Origin: Phyllosticta citribraziliensis
Lineage: Eukaryota
NCBI RefSeq assembly: GCF_038025025.1
Contig: NW_027117339.1
Location: 1,798,001-1,862,000, forward strand
Reading direction: 5' to 3'
Length of the DNA stretch: 64,000 bases
Shown here: positions 11,232-23,289 of the stretch, in pieces
Layout of the letters: the number at the start of each line of letters is the position of its first letter
How positions within the stretch are numbered: the first letter of the stretch is position 1
Program-made: the position numbers and the translations under genes
Notes under the pieces: model-generated
Told to the model about the DNA's origin: nothing
The model's input: the letters and a program-made list of their open reading frames with translations, nothing else
Database searches by the model: none

Positions 11232-14200
11232 ATGTGAGTGTGTCGCTCTCTTGGTTACAACCTTGCTGACACTCTAGCGACTCAGGTTCGAGAAATCACT
11301 CTACGACCTCATTCGAGGTCTGCGGAATCACAAGGGCAACGAGCGCGAGTATATCCAGGCAAGCATTCGAGAATGTCGCAAGGAGATCAAAGGCTCGGAC
11401 ATGGACTTGAAGGCCACGGCACTTCTCAAGCTCACCTACCTCGAGATGTTCGGCCATGACATGTCCTGGGCTTCATTCCATGTCCTCGAGGTCATGTCGT
11501 CCCAAAAGTACGCGCAAAAGAAAGTTGGATACCTAGGAGCAGTACAAAGCTTCAGGCCGGATACAGAGGTTCTGATGCTCGCCGAAAATCTGCTCAAGAA
11601 GGATCTGAACTCGCCGCAGCCCACAACGATAGCTCTTCCTCTGATGGCCATTCCGCATGTGATCAACCCTTCTATGGCGAATTCACTTCTCTCGGACCTC
11701 CTACCCCGCTTGACGCATTCGCATCCTGCAACGCGGAAGAAGACGATTGTCACTCTATACCGACTTGCCCTGGTATACCCAGAAACACTACGACCAGCAT
11801 GGCCCAGGATAAAGGAGAGATTACTGGACGACAACGAGGACGCGAGTGTCACCGCTGCCATTGTGAACGTCGTTTGCGAGCTCGGTTGGCGCCGACCCCA
11901 AGACTTCCTTCCCCTCGCACCTAGGCTCTTCGACCTGTTGGTCCAGGGCGGTAATAATTGGATGGCCATCAAGATCATCAAGCTTGTAGGTCCACGAGAA
12001 ACCCAGGATATCCTGCCAAAACTAACGATTTGCAGTTTGCAACACTTACTCCGTTAGAGCCCCGTTTGATCAAGAAGCTACTGCCCCCCTTGACCCAGAT
12101 CATCCGAACAACACCGGCAATGTCACTTTTATATGAGTGTATCAACGGTATCATCCAAGGAGGCATCCTCGAAGGCGTTGAAGGCTCCGCAGAAGGGGAG
12201 GACCTTGCACGACTCTGCGTGGGCAAGCTCCGTGGCATGCTCGTCGTTGAAGGTGACCCAAATTGTTAGTCTACTCGGACGTGGAGCAAATTTACCCCTT
12301 GCTAATCGAGGAACTAGTGAAATATGTGGCCTTGCTTGCTTTCGACAAAATTGTCAGGTCACACCCTCACTTGGTAGCTCTCCACCAAGATGTCATCCTC
12401 GAGTGCATCGATGATGCGGATATTTCCATCAGAACGCAAGCGCTTGGCCTCGTCGTGGGAATGGTCAACCCTGACAATCTCACGATCATCGTCGGGCGGT
12501 TGATGCGGCAATTGAGAAATGCGCCCATTGCTTCTGCTGTGGACGATCCTCTCAATGACCGAGGCTCGGAAGAGGGCGTAATACCCAGGGCAGATCTGGA
12601 CGACGACGAAGCCGAGGAGTCACTCCGTCGCCAAGAAAGAAAATCCGATCAACCACCTCCGCTACCCGAAGACTATCGCATTCGAGTCATTCAAAGCATT
12701 CTAGAAATGTGTTCTAGAGAGACATATGCGAACATCAATGACTTTGACTGGTACATTGACGTTCTGGTCCAGCTCGTGCGGGTGTCACCCGCGTCGAGCT
12801 TGACGTTTTCCGTTTCTGATGAAATGCCCGAGTCAGACGGAACCTCAATGGGAGACCAAGAAGATGTCTCTTACGACATTGGCAAAGAGCTTCAAAACGT
12901 AGCAGTACGGGTACGAAACGTCAGACCGGAAGCCACCGAAGCTGCGCAATCGCTTATCCTTGTGGACCGACGGGAGCAAATGTTTCCTGTTTCTGGAAGA
13001 GGTGGACAAGGTGTTCTGGGAGCCGCTGCATGGATTGTCGGGGAGTATGCCTCACTTCTCACAAATCCCGAAGGGACTCTCAACTCCTTGATGCACTCAT
13101 CTTCCGCTCATCTCCCACACCATATTCTTGCAATCTACATTCAAGCAGTTCCCAAGGTCTTTTCATCCCTCTCAGCCGACGATGGACTATCCTGGACGCC
13201 GGAGCGAAGGACCACTCTGACGCTTCTGATGGCAAGAATAGTCCATTTTCTGGAGCCTCTGGCCATGCACCCAAATCTGGAGGTCCAAGAGCGAGCTGTG
13301 GAGTACCTGGAACTCATGCGCCTCGCATCTGAAGCCGCATCGGGTCACGAGGCTGGTCCTAAAGGTGGCGACTTTGTTGACCCACCACTGCTGCTCACTC
13401 AAGCGATTCCGTCTCTGTTTACTGGACTTGAGTTGAATCCAGTTGCCCCTGGGGCACAAAAGAAAGTGCCTGTACCCGAGGACTTGGATCTCGATACGCC
13501 AATAAACGAGAATCTGCAAGGACTCTTGCGCAGCGCCGACTTTGATCCATTCATGGTGCAAGAAGACGACGACATTTGGGCATTCTACAGCACGCGAACC
13601 AAGCCAGTGCCTCAATCAGACGCAGCCGCAGATCGGCTCGAGTCGCCCCGTGCAGAACCGACGTCTTATCAGGGGAACGCCACTGAGGAAGAGTACCTTG
13701 ACCCTGACATTCTTGCCAAGAGAAAGGCAGAGCGCCGGGCAAGACACAAGGACGACCCCTTCTACATTGCGACTGAAGACGACTCGGGTGCTTCGACTCC
13801 GCTGCACAACATCATCAAGAACAGCAATGGCAACGACTTGGATATTGACTCCATCCCGATCATGGATTTGGATCTGGAAACCAAAGACCGCCTGAGCGAA
13901 GGGCGGGCAACATCATCGGACCGGATAAAGCCGAAACGCAAGGCGAGAAAGAATTTTGAAATCCTTGTCGATGAGAATCTTGGGCCGGACGAGCCGCCGG
14001 CAAACGAAACAGCGCGGCCCGAACTGACAAGACCGGCCCCAGGAAAGGCAAAGAGATCTTTGCTGGAGGTCGACTCGAGTGGGTTGAGCGCTCTCTCGCT
14101 GGAGGAGAGCGGGAACAGCCAGCTCGACGTCGAAAGACGGGAACAGGAAGAGGCGGAAATGCAAAAGGCACTGAAGGAGGTAGAGAGGCTGCGGCTGGAG

Positions 14201-14521
14201 ATGCAACGGGCGAGCGAAAGGATCCAAGAGAGGGAAGAGACGGTTGTAAAGCGGAAGAAGAAGAAGAAGCCTTCCCCGGGAGCATCGACCGGAGACGCGA
14301 CAATACCAGACGTCACGCCGGCGGGCAATGGAGACGGCGGAGGAGCGGTCGTCAAGAAAAAGAAGAAGAAGAAGGTCAAGAAGACGGAGGCGTCAGGAGG
14401 CGACGAGGGGGAGGCTGTCGCCGGACAAGAGGCCAAGCCGAAGAAGCAAAAGAAGAAACGGGTGGTGAATCTGGACGAAGGCGAAGCTTTGCAGGAGACT
14501 AGGGCGCCTGCAGAAGGTTGA
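11232..14521 (+). CDS. APL5: AP-3 adaptor complex subunit delta
   Basis: Start codon is split AT|G by intron 11234-11285, giving MFEKSLYDLIRGLR. Also MSWASFHVLEVMSS, ELGWRRPQDFLPLAP, NNWMAIKIIKL, EVQERA and a Lys-rich C-terminus. Further introns near 11986-12035 and 12265-12317. Confidence 0.96.
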
Positions 14522-14913
14522 AGCTTGAACGGCTACAGGGCTCTGGTTGGTAGGCTAGAAATAGCGTGGCTTGCCGGGCGATAGAGAATCGTCAAAAAGC
14601 ATTCATCTTCATCAATCAAGCATTTGCGAGGATCAATTGGCATTGGACACGGTGCGCAGCGCGAGAATGGCATGACGCCAGCGACGGGTCGGGTGCAGGT
14701 GGTGGTGGCTACGTGGGAAAGGGTCTGCCCGTCGTCCGTAGGCAGAGCCAGGATGAGGTTGCAGCTTGAAACGTGGCCGTGAAGGTGGCCCAAGCTCGCG
14801 CACATCCGGGCGCCACGACACGACACCGCCTGCGAGAATCAATCGACTTTTGAAGCAAGCTGGCCAGTCTTTTCCTGTCCTCCACCACGACAAAGACTGC
14901 CACCATCTTTGCC

Positions 14914-16640
14914 ATGGCAGACTCTCTCAAGCCGGACTCGGTGGACTCGTTTGAGTTCATCGAGACTCCTCCTGCCGCAACCCCTCCCCCCACCGAGAAC
15001 TACGGCGTCCGGACCACCAATGTAAGAATGTCCATTTCCCGTTGGCGTCCCAACGTCGGCCATTGGCACGCCAAATTCATCAAGCGCTAACCAATGCCCC
15101 TCGCCCACAGTACCCTACCATCAAGAACGCTCCCCTGCCCGCCGATGGCCCCGGCAGCGACAGCTTCAACAACAACATCCTCTTTGCTCTGCTCGGAGGC
15201 ATTCCCCTCTACTTCACCTTCAAGGTTGGTGGCGGTCTGAAGACATGGCTCTTCTTCATTGTCCTGTGCGCCATTCCTATTCTCATGGCCTTTTGGACCG
15301 TGGCCTCGACCTTTGGCCCTCGTAAGAACGAAAAGGCTCGCTACCCTGGCAAGCCCGTCGAGCACTACATTCAGTTCAACAACGAGGAAGACAAGGACAA
15401 GTACTATGGCAAGAACAAGATTCCCATGCACACCTTCCACGAAAAGTACTTCGCCGGCGAGGTTGATTTCAAGGGCGACGCCCTCGAGATCCTCGAGTAC
15501 AGGCACGACTGGGCCAACTTCAAGTTTACCATGGGCTTGTTCATCTTTTTCTTGACTGGCATGATGCCCGAGGTCATTCTGCACACTCGCTCCCAGGGTA
15601 TGCATACGATTCCTTGGTCGCAGTAAAATTTTCTCCTTGCTTACGCGTCCAACAGATGAGGAACAGGTTCGCGACCACTACGACCGCGGTGATGACTTCT
15701 ATGCCTGGTTCCTTGGCCCTCGCATGATTTACACTTCTGGCATCATCTCCAACATCCATGAGGAGGAGTCTCTCGAGCAACTGCAGGACAACAAGCTTGC
15801 CATTGTGTGCGAAAAGATTGGCCTCAAGCCTGGCGAAACCCTTCTCGACATTGGCTGCGGCTGGGGTACTCTGGCGCGCTTCGCCTCCGTCAACTGCGGT
15901 GCTCACGTCACCGGTGTCACTCTTGGCCGTAACCAGACTGCTTGGGGCAACAATGGCCTGCGTCGCGAGGGCATTCCCGAGGAGCAGAGCCGCATTCTGT
16001 GCATGGACTACCGCGATATCCCTGTTCCCCAGGGCAAGTACAACAAGATCACTTGCCTGGAAATGGCCGAGCACGTTGGTATCCGTCATCTGGGAGGCTT
16101 CTTCCGCCAGGTCCACGACATGCTTAACGACGATGGTGTATTCTTCCTGCAAATCGCCGGTCTGCGCAAGAGCTGGCAGTACGAGGACCTCATCTGGGGT
16201 TTGTTCATGAACAAGTACATCTTCCCCGGTGCCGACGCTTCCACTCCTCTCGGAATCGTGGTCGACAAGCTCGAGGGCGCTGGTTTCGAGGTCAAGCACA
16301 TTGATACCGTTGGTGTCCACTACTCGGCGACGCTGTGGCGCTGGTACCGCAACTGGATGGCCAACCGCGACAAGGTCGAGGCCAAGTACGGCAAGCGCTG
16401 GTTCAGAGTAAGTTGAAAGCCACCATCCTGCGCTCTCGAAATGTGTTGTGCTGACATATGATTCAGATTTGGGAGTACTTCCTTGCCTACTCGACCATCG
16501 TCTCTCGCCAGGGTGGTGCTACCTGCTGGCAGATCACTTTGGTCAAGAACATCAACTCGACCCACCGCATTGAGGGCGTGCCTACTCAGTACAACCTCCA
16601 GGGCGCTTTGAACGCTTTCCGGGCCCGGAAGCACGATTAG
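14914..16640 (+). CDS. MTS1: Sphingolipid C9-methyltransferase (cyclopropane fatty acid synthase-like SAM methyltransferase; 4 exons)
   Basis: YPTIKNAPLPADGPG, two TM segments, EQVRDHYDRGDDFY, LDIGCGWG SAM motif, KITCLEMAEHVG, NKYIFPGAD. Confidence 0.93.
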
Positions 16641-17672
16641 AATCTCCATCTATGCATCATCATGTCGAAGAGCTCCTCTTTCGAGGCCACTTGCCAGCGT
16701 CCAGCTGGTAAACTGCTCATGAGTTCCAAGCAGCGCTGCTAGCACTCACTTCACAATCTTCGGCTAGGCAGGGAGGGGAGCAAAGTTCAATTGTGTTTTA
16801 TGCATGACACGGGGCTATTTTGGGCGATGACATGGGTCATTTTGCATGTCGAAACTTTGCATTTTGTCTGTACTGTTTCCTCTATTCGAGAGAGGCCCCC
16901 AACCGACCCTTGATGCTGAGGTTTCATTCTGTTGTTCCTCTGACGATTTCAAATGACTATTATGGCATGTAGGGACGGATGGAAAAAAAGGGGAGGTCCA
17001 GTGGCGAGGGAATGCGGTGGGGCCAGTGTGGTCAGTGATGGTGGAGGGCTGTGTGTTGGCTGGTTGTAGATGACCCCGGTCTATTCAAATGGAGAGGAAA
17101 ACATTCCAAGGAGATCGATGTACGCCGGCTCGGGAAGGGTGTTACTTCTTGAACAGTGAATTCACTTACTCCCTTGGCATCTCGGAAGCAACAGGCTGAT
17201 TTTCATCCAGTACGTGCGCGCCTACTGCTATCTCTGAAAAGTCTCGAAGCCTCTGCATCCGTGCTGACAGATCTGTGAAGTGTTACGGGCTCTACATCAT
17301 GTTTCAAGAAGGCTCCTTGATGTTCCTACCACGACAGGCATAGAGCCTATTGAATAACCACGACTTTTCATCCATTTGAAGAAGAGCAACCACGCTCTCC
17401 TCTACCCTCAACCCACGCAGCCGCCTTTGTTCCAGGCATTCCAGTGTGCCTCTTTGCAGTTTGAGCTCGTGCTCGTAGCAACTTCAGTCGATTTCGACGG
17501 CCCCAAATTTGCGAAGCCTGTGTTTTCCCTCCTGAGACCACAGACCGAGAAGAGTCTGGTTAGCTGATTTCAACTTCGGACCGAGAAATGATGTTGGGGC
17601 TGAAGTTTTTGACAAAGGTTCCAATAGACTGAGGTTTAAGCAGGCCGAGAATGGGCACACAAAGGAATGCCA

Positions 17673-18008
17673 TCAGCTAGGGGAGGAACCAGCAGACTTA
17701 GGCGTCGCGCCATCCAGACCTGTGTCGCCCGCAGCGCGATTGGCCGCTTCTTTCTGGCAACGAATCTTCCACTCAATCCACGCAGGAGTCCTCCAGAAGT
17801 CTGGGAAGTTGCCGTACAGCATCTGCACCCTCATCCTATCGACAAACTCCAAGTCAAACTCGTGCCCAACGTGGCGATTGAGCGCACAACGGATGTCCTC
17901 GAGTATGTATCCGTCCGGGAGCTCGCCGTATCCGTCTCCCCAAAGAACAATAAGCTCTCCGTCAGTGAGGCCGGTCGTGTTGTGCGCGGGCTTGGCCGTG
18001 GTTGACAT
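17673..18008 (-). CDS. Small orphan protein (111 aa) preceded by a 5'UTR intron
   Basis: ATG at 18008 (MSTTAKPAH...WRTPAWIEWKIRCQKE). A canonical 47-nt intron (GTAAGT...ACTAAC...AAG, 18083-18037) lies just upstream of the ATG. Confidence 0.6.
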   Translation of the reverse strand: MSTTAKPAHNTTGLTDGELIVLWGDGYGELPDGYILEDIRCALNRHVGHEFDLEFVDRMRVQMLYGNFPDFWRTPAWIEWKIRCQKEAANRAAGDTGLDGATPKSAGSSPS

Positions 18009-18411
18009 GACGTCGAGCGGTTCAGATTTGGAGGAGCTTTCAAAGTTAGTTAACTTGAAGCACTGTCCGCTGGAACAACTTACTTTGGTGGGTTGGTTGA
18101 TGAGAGGTGAATAGGTAAGGTGAATGACTGCACCGAACTGCGGAGGTGACGGGAAATATCTTCCTCGAAAGAAGAGATCTCGATGTACAGAGTAGAAGTG
18201 GAGGGCGGATAGTGAGTGGAAAGGGAGAAAGGTAAGATATTCAGCGGCCTTGTTTATTGCCCGGGGCTCTTGTGCACGCGGTGAGAGGCGATTATATCTT
18301 GTCCAACTGCGTGCCCATCCTCCGAACTCCAGTCCTCCACACTCCCATCCCCAACACACTTGTCCTCTAAAAGTTCATCTTCCATATTCTTACCTTCCAA
18401 CTCTCATCTTT

Positions 18412-18556
18412 CACCCTCTCCTCTTCCACCCTCTCCTCTTCCACCCTCTCCTTTACCCACTCTCTCCTCTACCCACTCTCTCCTCTACCCACTCTCTCCT
18501 CTACCCACTCTCTCCTCTACCCACTCTCTCCTCTACACACCCTCTCCTCTACCCAA
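18412..18556. repeat. Pyrimidine-rich minisatellite
   Basis: About 3 copies of 15-mer CACCCTCTCCTCTTC grading into about 6 copies of 16-mer CCCACTCTCTCCTCTA. Confidence 0.9.
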
Positions 18557-18791
18557 CCACTCTCTACCCAATCATCCTGATCTCTCACATCATTGACTTC
18601 GATTGATTGCATTTTTACGTCTGGATTCCCTCTTCTCGACCCAAATATAGACACACTTGATACAAGTGCCTGTCTATCTCCCAGGTGAGTGCTTGCACAC
18701 CAGCCAAAATACTCCCACGAGAGCTAATACGCAACGAAAGTGAGGTCAACTAGGAGCAGACGAATTGCGGCAAAACACCACTTCCCCAACC

Positions 18792-19772
18792 ATGGGTCAC
18801 GGAAGGGCGCCGGAAAGGAAACGCGGCTTTGATGAAATACAAAAGGACGACAATGACCCGGCGTCCAAGGAATCAGAGAAGCCAGTCAAGAATTCGAGGA
18901 AGACTTTGCACCTAACATCCGAAGACGACAGGCGGACTCTGAGGGAGAATTCGAGCTCACCAAATAATCTTCAACTCATCCTTACAAAAGATGCTGTCTA
19001 CGCAAGAGCCCTCTGCACGGTTGAGTTGTTGAAGGCCAAGCGGGATATTCTGGTCAAGCTGGATGGCAAAATGACGGCTATCAGGAACAATGTCAATGTC
19101 GCTCTCGACCGCTTTACTCAGGCACTCATCAAGGCCTTCCGCGGAAATCCTGAAATGACAGCAGATGATTTCGGTTTCAAGAATTACCAATTGATCAATA
19201 ACCCTTCTGACCGCAAGCGCTACAGTGCGCAAGAATTGATTGATCGGTCAACGAGGTATGCTCTGGGGTCCAAGATTGAGATATACAGCAGCTTGCGGTA
19301 CGCAGTAGGCATGTCTGCCTGCATCGTACGTTTCACCCTGTCCGAAGTTCCCGAGTACATCACCTTTGCGGACTTGGACACTTCTGAAGCACACAATTAC
19401 AACAAGGCCTTCCACTTGGGACGATTCTCGGTTACAATGAGGGGCGCCTTCCTCAAACTCACTCAGCTGATGACAGGCATCACGGACAAGATAAAGTGGA
19501 TCGACTCACGGATGAACCAGTGCACGAGCAACTTTGTTCTGACTGGATTGAAGGACAAGAACGAGATGCTGAAGCAAGCAAGCAAAGTCCTCTACCTTCG
19601 GGACATTCGTGACCTGGATCAAAACACGTTTATCCAAAGCGTCAACGGTGTCATCGACTTTTATGAGCTTGATCACTTGGAGGACTTCGAGCCACAGTGC
19701 AGGCTTCTCGAAGAGTACGGAAGAGTGCTTGCGACGGTGAACGATACTACTTCGGACCAGCCCGAGCTTTAA
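18792..19772 (+). CDS. Orphan protein (~326 aa) with basic/disordered N-terminus and helical-looking body; 5'UTR intron
   Basis: Uninterrupted ORF with ATG in AACCATGG context. Upstream intron GTGAGT (18685)...GCTAAT...AAG (18740). No family recognised. Confidence 0.7.
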   Translation: MGHGRAPERKRGFDEIQKDDNDPASKESEKPVKNSRKTLHLTSEDDRRTLRENSSSPNNLQLILTKDAVYARALCTVELLKAKRDILVKLDGKMTAIRNNVNVALDRFTQALIKAFRGNPEMTADDFGFKNYQLINNPSDRKRYSAQELIDRSTRYALGSKIEIYSSLRYAVGMSACIVRFTLSEVPEYITFADLDTSEAHNYNKAFHLGRFSVTMRGAFLKLTQLMTGITDKIKWIDSRMNQCTSNFVLTGLKDKNEMLKQASKVLYLRDIRDLDQNTFIQSVNGVIDFYELDHLEDFEPQCRLLEEYGRVLATVNDTTSDQPEL

Positions 19773-20476
19773 TGGGATTGAAGAGCTGGTAGGGGGTACT
19801 GGTTCTTCTGGATCTTTGGTCTTCTTTTTGGCACTTGCTTGCTATTCTTCTGTGGACTTCTCTGGCCGACTTCTCTCATTGGCAACCCCGGTTGGCTTCT
19901 CTTACTGGCTTCTCTTGCAATCCTTTTCTGCTTCCCCATTCTGCCGGACCAAGATAAAAGTTACCACTTCTCTAATTGACCTTTCAATCTGCTTCTTACA
20001 TGAGCTCGTGGACGTCTATGTGGATCGAGAGGTGTGTCCGGTAACGGTAAGCCCTTGGACATCCCGGCCTGCGCAGTCCATCTACGCGCCACAGTGGGTG
20101 TCGAAAGAATTTAGACATCGTTCACTGCTAGTTTTCATCTCCCTTTGCAGCGATGCCCAAGGAGCATTTGTCCGCCTTCTCAGCGACGCTTAGGGAGCAG
20201 TCGTCCGCCACCATAGTATGTGCAACTTTTCGAATTGATAGCCAAACCGGCAGCGCAGTCACTAGCCCCAATGAGAAGAGACAGAGGGAATCTCGCAAAG
20301 AAATTTCGTGAGATTGAATATGGATAGATGCGACATCGTCTCATGGAAAGGACCGTGTTGCTTTAAAAGCTGCTCAGTCGGAAATTGTCGTCGTCCTTCA
20401 ACGGTATGACTGAATGGGACCAAACGCCAGAGTCTTCATGCAAACGCAACGAGGAATAGGGAAAAGCGCTAAGCGC

Positions 20477-20940
20477 CTATTTTCCCTTTTCATTCCCTGT
20501 GGCTACGCGGTCAATAGATATCGACAGAGGAACGACTCGAAGCAAAACACCATCTGCTGAGGGGGTCGACATACCCAAAAAGGCCTCGTTGAATTTTTTG
20601 GCAATCGGGTTCGGAGGATCTGGCCGTTGTGCAGCAAAGTTCTCGTGAAAGTGCTTGGAGCCGAGACCTGCGTTGTCGTTAGCCAAGAGTCTCGAGAAAT
20701 GCTTGGATGCGGACTTGACAGACCTCCCTCGCCTTCTCTGTGTTGATGAGTTTCATTCCTTTTACCCCGGGGCGTTGCTACGGCAGGGGTATGCGTGTGT
20801 GTTCCTCCGCCGGCAGAAAAGGCCTCTGCGACTTGCTTTGTTGCTGGTGTGTGAAAGACGCCGTTGTATGCGGGGATGGTTGCAATTGCTCCAACGGTAG
20901 CGGAGACGGTCCAGAAAGCTTTGGATCTGAGGAATGACAT
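20477..20940 (-). CDS. Small uncharacterised fungal protein (~110 aa, 3 exons) with N-terminal hydrophobic segment
   Basis: MSFLRSKAFWTVSATVGAIATIP...AGGGTHTHTPAVATPRG | LGSKHFHENF...FNEAFL | TGNEKGK*. Two GT-AG introns with branch sites give a continuous reading frame. Confidence 0.75.
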
Positions 20941-21473
20941 GTTGGATATGTGTAGAACTTCAATTGGAAGCACGTCTGAAAGAAGGGCGAGTTCAAGAAG
21001 TTTTGGTGTCGTTTGGGCGAAATCGAGGTCGGTGGACTTGTGTCAAGGTGGGAGGACTTGGAAATAGTGAGAAAGTGAGCGCAGAGGGGATTGCTTTTGT
21101 AAAGACATGGCGGAACACCGATGTCATTCGCGCATGCGGCTTGCTGGTAGTGGTCACCTCATCCCTATCTGGTACCTAAGGGAATCCAACTGCGTCATGG
21201 ACTTTGGAGTAGCATCACTAGCAGGGATCTAGGTCTGGGGGACGCGTCGGACTAACCCGGCGGCCGGAAGGGCTGCGTGAGGTGCAGCCAGGCCGGCTGG
21301 CCGACGCCGCCCGCATCACCGGGGGAATGGGGAACGTGGACTCAAGCCCCGACAACCATTGCGCCCATCTCTGCTCCAACATTGAACCCTCGATCCCCCG
21401 TCTGACTTGCTTTTCCCTGCATGCGCAACGGAATTCCCTCCTTGGCGCGGTGAATTAGGAGGAGGACCGCAAC

Positions 21474-22883
21474 ATGGACGGCGACCCTCGTGTTGAGCCG
21501 GAGCTGGACTCGTTTAGTCTCGTCCTGCCTCTGCCCTACCGCGTGGCATTTTTACTAGTTTTGGGTTGGTTGTAGGCGAATTCTGGAATTGGAGCAGAAA
21601 TTGTGCTAATATAGAGTGCTAGGCGTCTGGGCTTGGGGCGCGAATCTCCATTACCTCCGTCTCGTTCGCATTGTTGGTCCCCCCGTCCTCGACATCCCTC
21701 TTCACGACATGCCGCTGATGCCCTCTAGGATGTGCCTTCTTTGATTCGATACCCTTCGCGGTCTTCAGCAACACACCCATCGCACCATTTGTCCACATAT
21801 CGACTGGCGACGCTGCTCACCATTCCTCTGGTCGTCTCCATCCTCTTCTTCTGGCTGTTCACTCGCGGAAACCCATCCCTGGTCGTCGATTGGGAGGTAC
21901 TCCCGAACCTATACCTAATAGTCCTCGTGCTTTGCATAGTCCTCCCCTGGCACGCCATTTCTCGCTCCGGGCGCTCTCGCTTCGTCGCAACCCTCCGACG
22001 GATAAGCATTGGTGGACTTGCCGAAGCTCAGGATGGGAAATTCGGCGACATCCTCCTCGCCGATGCGCTGACATCGTACGCCAAGGTCCTGGGAGACCTC
22101 TTCGTTGCCCTGTGCATGTTCTTCAGCTCGAGGCACTCGACGGCCAAGCCTGACCGTGGCTGCGGCGGAACCTTCTGGGTCCCCTTCATCATCAGCGTCC
22201 CCTATCTGATCCGATTCCGACAATGCTTGATTGAATACGTTCGCGTGCGGAAAAGCAATCAGAGAGCAGGGGGAATCGGCAGTGCTGGCTGGGGAGGCCA
22301 ACATCTGGCCAACGCGGCCAAATACTCGAGCGCCTTCCCAGTCATCATCCTCAGCGCGCTGCAGCGCGGCTACGATCCGGCCAAACTCGGGATGACCGAA
22401 GCAGGCCTCTTCCGTTTGTGGCTCTTCGCCGTTCTGGTCAACTCCATGTACTCCTTTTATTGGGATGTGACCAAGGATTGGGACCTCACGCTGCTGTCTT
22501 CGTCCAAGGAGCGCAACGACCCGGAGCATCCTTGGGGACTTCGCCGCCACCGCTTCTTCCACGCCCAGCAGATCTACTACATTGTGATTGCCATCGACTT
22601 TTTGCTGAGGTGCACTTGGAGCGTCAAGCTCAGCCCACACCTGGACCACTTCAATGACTTGGAGGGCGGCATCTTCATGATGGAGTTCTTGGAGGTGTTC
22701 AGACGATGGGTTTGGATCTTCTTCCGCGTAGAAACTGAGTGGGGTAGGTTCCGTCCTCAAATGAATGCAGAATGCGGAACTGACGACAACTTCTTCGCAG
22801 TGCGCAACGACCGTGGCCCGGCGCCCGACGACATTCTGCTCGGGGAGTACCACAACGGAGGTCCCAAGTATGATGACGATTAG
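21474..22883 (+). CDS. ERD1: EXS-family protein ERD1 (ER protein retention; 4 exons)
   Basis: MDGDPRVEPELD...LPLPYR, FGDILLADALTSYAK, HLANAAKYSS, YSFYWDVTKDWDL, LRCTWS, LEVFRRWVWIFFRVETEW. Confidence 0.93.
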
Positions 22884-23289
22884 GCTCGTCCACGCGATAC
22901 CCTTCGTTTCTCTTGCCCATCTTAGAACGTTTGCATTAGAGCGGGAGGCGAACTGTAGGAATTTGCGTTGGTGGATTATCGAATCTTTTTGTATTAACAG
23001 CCTATCCAACCTTCTAATGTGTTGTCGAGTCACTTTGCACAGTCCAGTCCGGTCCAGAATCAGGAGCCAATGAGAGGAATTGTAAAACTCTAGCCGTAAA
23101 TCTCCTTTCGATGCTTCCCTCATAAGAGCGGCACCAGGTTGTCCTTGAATGCTTCGTCGGATATCGCCCTTAACTCCAAAAACCCAAACGTACAAGAAGC
23201 CCCATTCAACTCTTGAAAGCTGACAATGTCGCCCCTTTTTTGGTCCGTAGAGAGCTTCTGCCACATCTCCCACGCCGGCACTCATAAGC

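Noticed and set aside
18412..18556. Regularly spaced repeats considered as a CRISPR-like array
   Set aside because: Head-to-tail tandem units without unique spacers, a eukaryotic context and no cas genes.
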